From positions 1 through 64,000 of IMG/VR virus record IMGVR_UViG_3300027734_000048: 64,000 nt of DNA. One strand, given 5' to 3'. Origin of the DNA: a virus. The position numbers and the translations under genes are program-made. This document shows positions 17,580 to 26,617 of the stretch, piece by piece. The notes beneath the pieces were generated by a model. That model made no database searches. It saw only the letters and a program-made list of their open reading frames with translations, and had not been told where the DNA came from. Each line of letters starts with the position of its first letter. Within the stretch, counting starts at the first letter, position 1.

Positions 17580-17636
17580 CGATCCTGCGACATCCGAATT
17601 AACAGTTCGGCACTCTACCATCTGAGTTACACCCCA
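17564..17636 (-). tRNA. tRNA-Asn(GTT); CCA not encoded
   Basis: acceptor stem TGGGGTG/CACCCCA; D arm; anticodon arm CCGAA-CTGTTAA-TTCGG; T arm GCAGG-ATCGATG-CCTGC. Confidence 0.92.
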
Positions 17637-17643
17637 AAACCTT

Positions 17644-18429
17644 TTATGCTGTTACTTTTACTGGCTTGCCAACAATAGACCCTATAGAAACATATTGTGC
17701 TGCAACAGATGCTGTAGCAGAAGATGTTGTTAGTGGAATAGTCTTAAACAGTGTTGATGAAAAGTTGTCACCAATCAAAGGGAGTCTAACAAGATTTGCA
17801 GAGTATTTAACTGATGTTGAATCAGCAAAACCTGGTGCAGTTACAGCATTTACTGATGAAAGGCATGCTGGATAATCAATCTTTGTGCTTCCAAATGTAT
17901 TTCCTGCTGAGGCAAATACTTGAATTCCCTTAGAGTTAAGAGAACTAATTAAGGATTTAATCATTGCATCTGCAGCATCAACTGTGTATGGTGCAGAAGA
18001 TGATGGCATGCATGGCTTTGATGGACTATTGAAGTATCTTGAAAATGATACTGCACCAATATTTTGAGAATTACTATCTACCCACTTCAAAGCCTCAATA
18101 AACATTACTGGTGTTACATCTGCAACAGACTTTGAACTTGCTGGTGCTGATCTAAGAGCAATAATTTTAATACTTGAATTTTGACGCTTTGCAACTTCAA
18201 CCATTGCATTGCCATGATTAATGTTATTTCCAATACTTGAATTTGTAATAGTAACAATATCTGTGCATGAAGATTTTGTTTCTACAACAATGCATGAAAC
18301 ATTTGAACCTAAAACCTTAGAATCAAAATAACTATCAATAATGACAAGTGACTTTGAATCTGCTCCATGTGCTTGAACTGGTACTACAACTGAAAATAAT
18401 ACTGCTGCTAGTGCTACGATCTTTTTCAT
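17644..18429 (-). CDS. secreted subtilisin-like (S8) serine peptidase
   Basis: signal peptide; IIDS (Asp), NHG-x-AM (His), ASAGN (oxyanion Asn), TTSSATA (Ser). Confidence 0.75.
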   Translation of the reverse strand: MKKIVALAAVLFSVVVPVQAHGADSKSLVIIDSYFDSKVLGSNVSCIVVETKSSCTDIVTITNSSIGNNINHGNAMVEVAKRQNSSIKIIALRSAPASSKSVADVTPVMFIEALKWVDSNSQNIGAVSFSRYFNSPSKPCMPSSSAPYTVDAADAMIKSLISSLNSKGIQVFASAGNTFGSTKIDYPACLSSVNAVTAPGFADSTSVKYSANLVRLPLIGDNFSSTLFKTIPLTTSSATASVAAQYVSIGSIVGKPVKVTA

Positions 18430-18446
18430 TTTATTCCTTTTCATTT

Positions 18447-18650
18447 TTACGATATCATCAATCTGACGACATGTTGGCATGGGTCGCCACCTGCTTCCCA
18501 TTCTTCTGCTTCTTCTTCACCTATGTATTCATATCCACCATCATGGGTATTGCAATATGGTGGTGTTACCCAACCACGATCAATACCGTTTGACAACCAG
18601 ATACCAAATTCTTGTTCTTCAGGTGACAAATCATCGTGTGTGTGATTCAT
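18447..18650 (-). CDS. hypothetical protein
   Basis: C-x-THDG...GGDPC-x-HVVR; ATG 6 nt after TATACT. Confidence 0.75.
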   Translation of the reverse strand: MNHTHDDLSPEEQEFGIWLSNGIDRGWVTPPYCNTHDGGYEYIGEEEAEEWEAGGDPCQHVVRLMIS

Positions 18651-18665
18651 ACTTTAAGTATACTC

Positions 18666-19190
18666 CTAGATACTAACTATGTCAACTGGTCCCATGCAGG
18701 ACGGACTAAATTTAATTGCAGCATTTACTGCTTGAGCAACTCTATTTCTTGCATTTTTTTGTTTATCTGTTGCATATAAAACCCCGTATGCATATTCTGC
18801 TCCAGAACCCATTGCAAGATAAGGAAGTGTGTACTTAGATAAAGACATGTCTGCAGAACTATGTTCATAAATTTCACCACGAACTGCAATAATTAAACCA
18901 AGATCTCCATCTTTAGATGTATCAACCCAGAATTCATTATAGAATTCACGAAGTTCTTTTACAAATTTAGTTTGCATAAACTTATCTGTGTCTTTAATAT
19001 TAGGAGCAGTTGGCTTAAAGTTATAACGGATTCTTTCTCCGTCCATTGCACCTGCATACCCAATTAGATACGGACCAATTTTCCAAACCTTTGGTGCATC
19101 AAGTGCTAAAATTGTTCCATCATCTGAAGCACCACGATCACCAGCCATATAGATCTTATCTTCATGTTTTACTACGGCAATACAAGTCAT
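18666..19190 (-). CDS. HslV/proteasome-beta-like Ntn hydrolase
   Basis: N-terminal MTCIA (Thr nucleophile), AGD, PKV, GYAG, AMGSG-x2-YA-x-G. Confidence 0.82.
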   Translation of the reverse strand: MTCIAVVKHEDKIYMAGDRGASDDGTILALDAPKVWKIGPYLIGYAGAMDGERIRYNFKPTAPNIKDTDKFMQTKFVKELREFYNEFWVDTSKDGDLGLIIAVRGEIYEHSSADMSLSKYTLPYLAMGSGAEYAYGVLYATDKQKNARNRVAQAVNAAIKFSPSCMGPVDIVSI

Positions 19191-19221
19191 GACAAAACCC
19201 TCCCAGGCTAGGTAACACTTA

Positions 19222-19251
19222 AGTATACCACTGCCCAGAGAGGGCTGTCAA
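19222..19251 (-). promoter_or_regulatory. sigmaA-type promoter TTGACA-N18-TATACT with TG extension
   Basis: perfect -35 at 19246-19251; TGGTATACT at 19222-19230. Confidence 0.8.
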
Positions 19252-19267
19252 CTAAGGTCAATAATGA

Positions 19268-19552
19268 CTAATTAGCCTTTTTATCTACCGTTTTAAATGC
19301 ATCATTGATCTCTGTCAATGTGAGTTTTCCATCGTCCAAAAAAGCCCTTGCTAGTCTTTCAATTACTGTTGCTACGCCTAATAGTCCTGCTAAGAATACT
19401 GCCTGCATAGTATCAATTCCTACTACTGCTCCTGCTCCTAGAACTGATAGACCTGATGCTGCAAATACCGCAAGAATTCTCATCAAGATATTAGTGATTG
19501 CCTTTTGTGGGTGCTCCTTCTTGAGAGGCTCTACTACATTTTTAGTTGCCAT
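19268..19552 (-). CDS. small membrane protein (holin-like)
   Basis: two TM segments; GGAGG SD before ATG 19552. Confidence 0.7.
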   Translation of the reverse strand: MATKNVVEPLKKEHPQKAITNILMRILAVFAASGLSVLGAGAVVGIDTMQAVFLAGLLGVATVIERLARAFLDDGKLTLTEINDAFKTVDKKAN

Positions 19553-19554
19553 AT

Positions 19555-19782
19555 TTAGTCCTCCTTTCTTAGCGGGATTGTGATAAGCCATATAACTGTT
19601 GTTGCAAGTACTGCAAGTCCAACGATGTCTCTTGCTGATCCCGTCAAAGTTAGCCATGCGATAAAGAAGCCAAGGAGGGTAAATGCCTGTGCAATTAATT
19701 CCATTCCTGCATCTTTAAACCATTTAATTAATCCCTTTAGCATTTTGCCTACCAGGTTGATGGCCTTATTGATTATCTTCAT
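19555..19782 (-). CDS. small two-TM membrane protein
   Basis: hydrophobic hairpin; AGGAGG SD. Confidence 0.7.
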   Translation of the reverse strand: MKIINKAINLVGKMLKGLIKWFKDAGMELIAQAFTLLGFFIAWLTLTGSARDIVGLAVLATTVIWLITIPLRKED

Positions 19783-21953
19783 TTGTTCCTCCTTATGACT
19801 GCCCCTGCAATTTGTGATGCAATGACCACTGGGACAATTACTTCTTGCGCTTTCTCTCTCTGATCATCTGTCATATCCATACCTAACTCAGAGAAATTAG
19901 ATAGGAGTTCTGTAACATCCACTTCAAATACTGCTCCAAGTGGGTCTGCTAAGAATGCTTCTGTTTGTACTTCTGTTACTGCATCTGCTAATGTAAATGG
20001 CATTGGTGCTTCTCCTGCATCCCCCGCTCTTTCTGCGAACTCAACAAATGCTGAGGCTACTGCAGGGTTTGACTTCATTGCCTCTGCTACCTTTGCAACC
20101 TCACCTGCTGAAATACCAAGGTCTGATGCAAGTTCTTTCTTTGCTTCCTGAGTCAAAGACTTAAGAGTCTGGCTTACTGCTGCTGTCTGTTCTGGAGAAA
20201 GTTTAACTAACTTATTATCCTTGCTTGTAAGGTTAGCAATAACTCCAGACAAATCTTCTGCTGTTCCGCTACCCTTTTCTGGGATAAGTGCTGCTAACTC
20301 TGCATCCTTGATGACTGGATCAATGTTTTCTGCTGGTTTAAAATCTGGTCTTGGAAGTGGTTTAACCTCTGTAGAAGGTTCAATAGGAGGCTCTGGTTTG
20401 GGTTCTGGCTTTGGTTCAGGACTTGGGGCAGGGGTAGGCTTAGGCTTTTCTGGTTTTGTTGGCTCAGGCTTAGGTTCTTCTGGTTTAGGCTGTTCTGGTT
20501 TTGGACCTGGCTGTGTTGGCTTTGGGCCTGGCTCTTCTGTTCCAGTAGCATTGCTTGGCTTAGGTTCAGGCTTTTCTGTTGGTGGTGGGGAAGGCTTTGG
20601 CTTTTCTGGTTCAACAGTTGGTTTTGGTTCTGGCTTAGGCTGGTTTGCTGCAGCATTGGCTGCTGCTTGAGCAATTGCTCTTTGAATTTCTCTTTGTGAC
20701 TGCTCATCATAGTAACGCCATGCGTCATCAATTGCGCTATTGACATCATTGACTGCATTATTAAAATCATTTATAGCATTATTTTTTTCAGACAAGGCAT
20801 CTTCTGTATCATTTACTGCATTATCATACTCAGACTCTTTATTAATTAATGTTTGATTTAATGAGTTTAGTATTGCAACCTGTTGACTATATACATTTAG
20901 TTTATCATTATATTCTGCTGAGGCATTATTATAGTCTTGCTGTGCTGCATTTCTTGTTTCAAGTGCTTGGTTATAAGCATCTGTTTGTGCTTGTGTTGGC
21001 CCAGAGCCAGAAGAAAATGTATCAAGATTACAACTAAAGTTTTGTCCCCACACTCTTGGATTTCCAGCATAGTCGCAACCTGCACCCGTCCAACCTAAAC
21101 TGCCAGATGAACCATAGGGTATTCCCCATCCAAGATGATAAGATCCTGGTCCTCCACCGTTGTACCACCAAATCTCTACATCAAATGTTTTATCTGTGGT
21201 TACATCATATATTGGAGAGTATTGACTCCATGTTGTTCCCTGTTCCTTCCAGTTATTAATGGCAAGGTTTCCATCAATATACATCCTAAAACCATCATCT
21301 GTGTAACCTGCAAATTTTGTTGATGTGAACCATTCTGGAACTGTTATCTGTCCAGTAAATTTAACTATAAAGTTTTCATATCTATTACCACAAACTGGAA
21401 GGCTCATATAGTTTGAGTTCCAAGTACCAGAACAAAGCACATATCCTGGGGTAGCAACATTACCCTGTCTAACAAGAGTATAAACAGTATATGCCAAACC
21501 TTCTCCTCCAGCACTCTGCATATTTGATTGCGCCGTTTGAAGGTTGATGTTGGCTATGTTGAGAGCATCCTGTGCATCGTTCTTATCTTGTAGGGCATCC
21601 TCTTTATAATTAAAAGAAAGTTCTACTGTTACTGTCTGGCCATCTACATTTGACTGGGCAAGTTCTACTGCATCTAGGGCTAACTCTTCTGCCTCTACTG
21701 CATCATCATAGTCTGCAATTGCCTCATCCCTGACATCCCGCAGATTTTTGGCATACATAAACTTATTTTCTGCTATGTCAATCATATTAATTAGACCATC
21801 TTTGTAGTCTAATTTATCTACTGCGCTATTAAGGTTCTCGATCTGCTTGGCTGCAACTGTGAGGGGATCATCAGAATGAGCGTCTTGCGGGGATATGAGG
21901 AGCCAACCAAAGGCCAATACTGATGCCACTGTTATGCGTAATAATCTTTTAAT
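19779..21953 (-). CDS. exported surface protein: signal peptide, coiled coil, PA14-like domain, Pro-rich stalk, C-terminal hydrophobic anchor; start probably ATT 21953 (ORF track uses GTG 21929)
   Basis: FIVKFTGQI...TDDGFRMYIDG...WWYNGGG PA14 motif; PKPE repeats; ends VIVPVVIASQIAGAVIRRNK. Confidence 0.8.
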   Translation of the reverse strand: MKRLLRITVASVLAFGWLLISPQDAHSDDPLTVAAKQIENLNSAVDKLDYKDGLINMIDIAENKFMYAKNLRDVRDEAIADYDDAVEAEELALDAVELAQSNVDGQTVTVELSFNYKEDALQDKNDAQDALNIANINLQTAQSNMQSAGGEGLAYTVYTLVRQGNVATPGYVLCSGTWNSNYMSLPVCGNRYENFIVKFTGQITVPEWFTSTKFAGYTDDGFRMYIDGNLAINNWKEQGTTWSQYSPIYDVTTDKTFDVEIWWYNGGGPGSYHLGWGIPYGSSGSLGWTGAGCDYAGNPRVWGQNFSCNLDTFSSGSGPTQAQTDAYNQALETRNAAQQDYNNASAEYNDKLNVYSQQVAILNSLNQTLINKESEYDNAVNDTEDALSEKNNAINDFNNAVNDVNSAIDDAWRYYDEQSQREIQRAIAQAAANAAANQPKPEPKPTVEPEKPKPSPPPTEKPEPKPSNATGTEEPGPKPTQPGPKPEQPKPEEPKPEPTKPEKPKPTPAPSPEPKPEPKPEPPIEPSTEVKPLPRPDFKPAENIDPVIKDAELAALIPEKGSGTAEDLSGVIANLTSKDNKLVKLSPEQTAAVSQTLKSLTQEAKKELASDLGISAGEVAKVAEAMKSNPAVASAFVEFAERAGDAGEAPMPFTLADAVTEVQTEAFLADPLGAVFEVDVTELLSNFSELGMDMTDDQREKAQEVIVPVVIASQIAGAVIRRNK
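20330..20643 (-). repeat. Pro-rich low-complexity PKPE/PEPK coding repeats
   Basis: seen directly in the translation. Confidence 0.8.
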
Positions 21954-21992
21954 TGACCTTTCCCCCTTGCAGACAAGATGTCTGTTAGGATG

Positions 21993-22001
21993 ATTATACC
22001 A
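21993..22001 (-). promoter_or_regulatory. extended -10 promoter TGGTATAAT
   Basis: consensus box just downstream of a terminator. Confidence 0.65.
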
Positions 22002-22011
22002 TTTTATTGCA

Positions 22012-22045
22012 CAAAAAGGGGGCTACCGTAATTGGCAACCCCCTT
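22012..22045 (-). terminator. intrinsic terminator after the surface-protein gene
   Basis: AAGGGGGTTGCC...GGTAGCCCCCTTTTT. Confidence 0.8.
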
Positions 22046-22058
22046 AGTGTTGGACTAA

Positions 22059-23165
22059 TTACTTAACTAGAGTAACCTTTGCCTTTGGATTCTTTGCATT
22101 CCACTTCTTTGCAAGTGCATTGAAAGCATCCTTGATTGACTTAACTGCTGCTGCATTATCTGCAGTCAACTTTGCAATCTGTGCATCCTTAGCAAGGATT
22201 GCTGCATCTGAAACAACCTTTGCATCAGCAAGTGCCTTTGCAGAAGCAGCCTTCTCAGCAGCAATTAGAGCAGTGTGCTCTGCTGTTGCCTTAACAAGTG
22301 CAGCGTCTGAAGCAGCCTTTGCAGCAAGGGCTGCATCCTTAGCAGCAACCTGTGCAGCAAGTTCTGATACTAGATCACGAACTGCGATTTCTGCAAATGG
22401 TGCTAGTGCACGAGCAGGAAGACCTGTTACATCAGCAGATGTTGCATCAGAAGATGTTGTTGGTGAGAATGTGATTAGTGAGCGTGTTCCAGTTGTTGGA
22501 AGTGTTGCCTTAAATGTAGCAACTCCAAAATCTGAAAGTGTAGCACCAGTTGTTGCTGTTGCTGTGTCTAGTGTTGCTGTAGAAGCAAACACTGTTGCAG
22601 TAATTGACTTACCTGATACCTTGTTACCAAATGTATCTGTTGCAGTTACTGTGATGTCCTGCTTTGTTCCAGCAGCACCTGATGTAGGTGCAGACACTGT
22701 AAGAGAGTTAATCTTACCAGCAGTTCCCTGTACATAGTATGTAAGAGTTGTTCCCTGGTTGTTGATTACAACTGTACCAATTGCTGTTGTCTTTGTGTAG
22801 ACATAAAATGTTGCTGTTGTTCCTGTACCAGTTGCAACTGTTAAAGATGATGATCCTGATGTTGCTCCTACTGGTGCAGCAGATGTGTGTAGTGCAGACA
22901 CGATTGTTGCGTTTGTTGCTGAAACAGTTACGCTAGAACCTGTATCAACTGTTGCGACGAACTTTAGTGCGTCAGCAGCATCAACAGAGTTGTCTGCAGG
23001 GACTGGCAATGATGCAGGTGTAGCGATTGCTGATGCTGTAGTGTTTGCTACAGAGTCAAGCGATACAGCGACTGTCATTACAGCAGCACTTGCAGGTGTT
23101 GCTACGATTGTGCCCAAAGTCATGGCTGCAACCATGGCTAGTGCGATTTTCTTAAATGAGTTCAT
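22059..23165 (-). CDS. secreted Thr/Ala-rich surface protein (Ig-like body, C-terminal coiled coil)
   Basis: signal peptide MNSFKKIALAMVAA...ASA; TATDTFGN Ig-like motif; Ala/Lys coiled-coil tail. Confidence 0.75.
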   Translation of the reverse strand: MNSFKKIALAMVAAMTLGTIVATPASAAVMTVAVSLDSVANTTASAIATPASLPVPADNSVDAADALKFVATVDTGSSVTVSATNATIVSALHTSAAPVGATSGSSSLTVATGTGTTATFYVYTKTTAIGTVVINNQGTTLTYYVQGTAGKINSLTVSAPTSGAAGTKQDITVTATDTFGNKVSGKSITATVFASTATLDTATATTGATLSDFGVATFKATLPTTGTRSLITFSPTTSSDATSADVTGLPARALAPFAEIAVRDLVSELAAQVAAKDAALAAKAASDAALVKATAEHTALIAAEKAASAKALADAKVVSDAAILAKDAQIAKLTADNAAAVKSIKDAFNALAKKWNAKNPKAKVTLVK

Positions 23166-23184
23166 TTAATTTATTTCCTTTTCT

Positions 23185-24966
23185 TTATAGTAGATTGAAT
23201 CTATCCAAATAGTCTTTTACATCTTTTGGCATAGGCTTATATTCTATCACATTTGAGTTACTTGAGTCAAATACATCTTTGGATCTTTCCCTAAATGTAT
23301 GAATCTCAACTTCCTGATCTATATTTTTTGGAGTGTGTGATATTGCTCCAAATATTGCTCCACACACAGCATCTGCTAAGTCCTTAGAAGATTTTCTTGG
23401 GTGGTCAACTCTATTATTTTTCATGATTTTTAATTCTGTTAGTTCTTCAAACAAAAGTTCGATTGCAGGCATAACAAGTCTTTCTTCGTAAACTAGCATG
23501 GCCATATCCTCATAATGTTTTTTAGCAACAGAAACAGTTTCAGTTCTCATTCCTACCTGTTTTAATTCATTTTGAATATCAAATGATTGCCAACGGTCAA
23601 ATGAAACCATTCCGATATCAAAACCCTGTCTTCTAAGATTTTGAATCCATAATTTCACCTCTGACAGATTTACTGGTCCTTCAACTTTTGGTTCCCAATA
23701 AACCACAGCATCTACTACAACTACTGGGGCTACCTGTTGATAATCTTTAATTACCTGAATATTTACCCATTTTTCTACATGTGCAATTGCTACAGCACAT
23801 TTGTCATGTTTTTGTGCAAGGTCAGCATGCACATAATATTTTTTATTTGGATCTGGCTTAAATGTTTCATCAAATCTTTTATATGAATCAATTGGGTTTC
23901 TTATGGTCATACATGATCTTACTTTTTCTACCTGTTTAAAAAACGCATCAGTTGAATATGTTGGAACACATGCAAATCTTTGCATTGCATCTCCAAGGTC
24001 TGTATAAAATGCCAACTTGAAGTCATCAATTTTTCTAGTAGGATTAACAACCCAAGTAGGACGCTTTAGTGCAAACACTCCTGGATACTTGTAAGAAACT
24101 ATGTTGTCTTCATCCCAAGTAATTTTTAATGTATTTCCCTCAGCATCTTCAGGTAAGTCCTCATTCATAACAAATGTATGATCTTTTGATACAACATCTT
24201 TTTCCATAATTACAGCATCATATCTTTGTGAAATAAAGTCGCCTGGATAACGAGGGAATGAAAGGAGTGCAACCTTTCCAAGATCTGGAAAACGAGAATC
24301 TACAGAGGCACGAAATGCTTTATAGATGTTGTCAGCAGTTTTTCCTTGATCATTTCCTGTACCAACTTCATTTGCAAAACCAGAAATCTCATCAAGTACA
24401 GCAAGGATAAGGTTCAAACCCTCATGAGACTCACGCTCTGAGTGACCAGAGTAAACAGTAATTGCTTTATCAAATTCAATGCTTTCTGCTTTAGGGTTAT
24501 ACTTACCAGCAAACCATGGAGACTTTTCGATTTTTGTTTTAAATCCTTTAAAGAAAACATTTTTTGCTTGTTGTGCGTTAATAGCAACATTGATTAAGTC
24601 AATAGCATCTCCAGAAGGCTTTCCAAAATAACGAGCAGGGTCTTTTAGACATAATAGTTTATATACTATATATGCACATGCTACTGTTGATACAAAGTCT
24701 TTTCCAGATCCCTTGCCAAGTTGCAGAATAACTTCGTTCTTTGTATATTTTTTATAATAGCGTCTTCCTTCTTCATTACCAAGAAGATCAATCAAGTCCT
24801 CCTGTTTATATATTTGGCTCATGGCCTCAACAATGTCATATTGCACTTGAGATAGCGGAGGCTGACCAAGATAGTCTTCACCCTCAACAAATGTTTTAGC
24901 ATCTACTGGAGTTTCTTCAAAATTATTATTTTTTAAAGCCTCAAGAAAATCACCAAAATCAGCCAT
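23185..24966 (-). CDS. terL: terminase large subunit
   Basis: Walker A GKGSGKD, Walker B AVLDE, nuclease HADLA...D, DHP-x3-SKDLADA. Confidence 0.9.
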   Translation of the reverse strand: MADFGDFLEALKNNNFEETPVDAKTFVEGEDYLGQPPLSQVQYDIVEAMSQIYKQEDLIDLLGNEEGRRYYKKYTKNEVILQLGKGSGKDFVSTVACAYIVYKLLCLKDPARYFGKPSGDAIDLINVAINAQQAKNVFFKGFKTKIEKSPWFAGKYNPKAESIEFDKAITVYSGHSERESHEGLNLILAVLDEISGFANEVGTGNDQGKTADNIYKAFRASVDSRFPDLGKVALLSFPRYPGDFISQRYDAVIMEKDVVSKDHTFVMNEDLPEDAEGNTLKITWDEDNIVSYKYPGVFALKRPTWVVNPTRKIDDFKLAFYTDLGDAMQRFACVPTYSTDAFFKQVEKVRSCMTIRNPIDSYKRFDETFKPDPNKKYYVHADLAQKHDKCAVAIAHVEKWVNIQVIKDYQQVAPVVVVDAVVYWEPKVEGPVNLSEVKLWIQNLRRQGFDIGMVSFDRWQSFDIQNELKQVGMRTETVSVAKKHYEDMAMLVYEERLVMPAIELLFEELTELKIMKNNRVDHPRKSSKDLADAVCGAIFGAISHTPKNIDQEVEIHTFRERSKDVFDSSNSNVIEYKPMPKDVKDYLDRFNLL

Positions 24967-25492
24967 TATGTATTACCGTAATAACCTCATCTTGCTTGGC
25001 AATAGAGGAGAGTCGTCTCATAATTTCATCACGAATTTCTGGATACTCAGAAGCAATATCCTTTAGGATTGACATTAAGACCTCTTGTCGTTTTTCAATC
25101 TCAACCATCTCTTCTGCAAGTTCTTTGTTCTCAAGCAGTCCAGCCTTTTGTAGCATGTCAATTCTTTTAGACTCAATGTCCATAACAAGTTTAATCGCTG
25201 TTGTTTTTGCAGTAAGATTATTTGTCATTGATGCCTCATCAATAACTTCATAAGATTTTGAGATAAGTTTGCTATAGTGTGTGTCTGCTGCCACAAGTGC
25301 TTCTTTTGCACGAGCACGAATTGCAGCATTATCGGAAGCCATAGTCTTCCATTCATCAATATAGGCAACTACTCTTTGTCTTGGAATGTCTAATTGCTTT
25401 GAAATGACAGTTGGGTCATTACCCTTTAGGTATTCTTCAACTACATTATTTACCTGATCTAAATGCTTTACTAGGTCTTCTTCAGTTGACAT
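24959..25492 (-). CDS. putative terminase small subunit
   Basis: N-terminal HTH-like segment plus helical body; immediately upstream of terL. Confidence 0.55.
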   Translation of the reverse strand: MSTEEDLVKHLDQVNNVVEEYLKGNDPTVISKQLDIPRQRVVAYIDEWKTMASDNAAIRARAKEALVAADTHYSKLISKSYEVIDEASMTNNLTAKTTAIKLVMDIESKRIDMLQKAGLLENKELAEEMVEIEKRQEVLMSILKDIASEYPEIRDEIMRRLSSIAKQDEVITVIHNG

Positions 25493-25754
25493 CTGATAGC
25501 ACCTTTGAAACCTTAAACAAGATTAGATATCCAATTAGATCGTCTATGTCATTGTCCCCATAAAACTCAGAGCCTCTAGATATTCTAGAAAGTTTATCAT
25601 CTATTCTAATCTTAATCTGCTCATCTGTGTTTGCCTTTGAAAAAATTCTAATTGGATCAATGGCAGAATCACCGTATGATTGGTTCTTCTTAATAAGCAT
25701 ATCTTTTATTTCATCACAAATATTTGAAATAACATATTGTGTTTGAACGCTCAT
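25482..25754 (-). CDS. DUF1599 / nucleotide-modification-associated domain protein
   Basis: KKNQSYGDS...RIDDKLSRI...DDLIGYLIL. Confidence 0.7.
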   Translation of the reverse strand: MSVQTQYVISNICDEIKDMLIKKNQSYGDSAIDPIRIFSKANTDEQIKIRIDDKLSRISRGSEFYGDNDIDDLIGYLILFKVSKVLSDVN

Positions 25755-25870
25755 TCGTCATCCTCCCAATCAAATGTTTCTGGCAAACCCTTTAATGTAT
25801 AGAGTGCATAACTAATTCCAACTGCACCAGCAATAGTTAAAACTGCAACAGCCTTTTGTAATTTATTCAT
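25751..25870 (-). CDS. small TM protein (39 aa, MNKLQKAVAVLTIAGAVG...)
   Basis: manual translation; overlaps both neighbours by 4 nt. Confidence 0.6.
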   Translation of the reverse strand: MNKLQKAVAVLTIAGAVGISYALYTLKGLPETFDWEDDE

Positions 25871-26022
25871 CGTTTAGATTTCCTTAATCCGTATTTTGCC
25901 AAATAAACATATATTGTTTCTACGCTTGTCCCACACTCTGAAGCAATTTCTTGTGGTGTTTTTTTATCCATAAGAAATCTTTTTCTAAGCCAAGTTTCAC
26001 TAGTATATAGTTTAGCAGCCAT
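25867..26022 (-). CDS. small HTH DNA-binding protein (51 aa)
   Basis: manual translation: WLRKRFLMDKKTPQEIASECGTSVETIYVYLAKYGL. Confidence 0.75.
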   Translation of the reverse strand: MAAKLYTSETWLRKRFLMDKKTPQEIASECGTSVETIYVYLAKYGLRKSKR

Positions 26023-26026
26023 AATG

Positions 26027-26617
26027 TTATTTGTCAACCCCTATTGCTTTGTCCCAGTTTTTTATAGCCCAATGACCAATACCACACGCATCTGCCACAT
26101 CATTATCAGTAATAGTCTTATCATACTGAATATTGATAAAGTTGATAGTTCTTTGTTTGCGAAGATCCCTTTCAAAAGATTTATACCATGACTCAGATTT
26201 TCCTGGACTTTGAGACCTAATATATAATTTTTCATCTTTAGAAATCTTTTTATTTCCAATAAAGTTTTGCCATGTGATTGGTGACACCTTGCCAATAGTT
26301 CTAATGCCAGATTGACCTGCTGCACCTAATAAAGCACCTTGGACTAACGCAAGATCAGCAGCAGTCTTAGGGCTGTTCATAAATACTGTATGTTCAATTA
26401 CAATCGCATCTACATTTATAATATGTTCAAATAAACCTTTAGACTTTCTGCCAGCGTCAATTACTTTTTCATATATATCTTTGCCTTCAAAATTAATCTT
26501 TCCAACTTCTTTTAAGTATTCACCATGAAATGTTGCATAGGCAAGACTGTTAGTACTAGCATCAATAGCACAAATTTGTTCTGGTTTTATTTCTACACCC
26601 CACTTATTTTGTACCAT
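26027..26617 (-). CDS. RuvC-like Holliday junction resolvase
   Basis: AIDAS, IVIE and DNDVADACGIG RNase H-fold motifs. Confidence 0.8.
   Translation of the reverse strand: MVQNKWGVEIKPEQICAIDASTNSLAYATFHGEYLKEVGKINFEGKDIYEKVIDAGRKSKGLFEHIINVDAIVIEHTVFMNSPKTAADLALVQGALLGAAGQSGIRTIGKVSPITWQNFIGNKKISKDEKLYIRSQSPGKSESWYKSFERDLRKQRTINFINIQYDKTITDNDVADACGIGHWAIKNWDKAIGVDK

Noticed and set aside
17564-17636. tRNA as a prophage attachment site
   Set aside because: No integrase or duplicated tRNA end was seen in the window, and genes on both sides look phage-like.
20221-23169. Long plus-strand ORFs (20221-20670, 22120-22737, 22885-23169)
   Set aside because: They are antisense shadows of Ala/Thr/Pro-rich minus-strand genes, with no SD or recognisable motifs.
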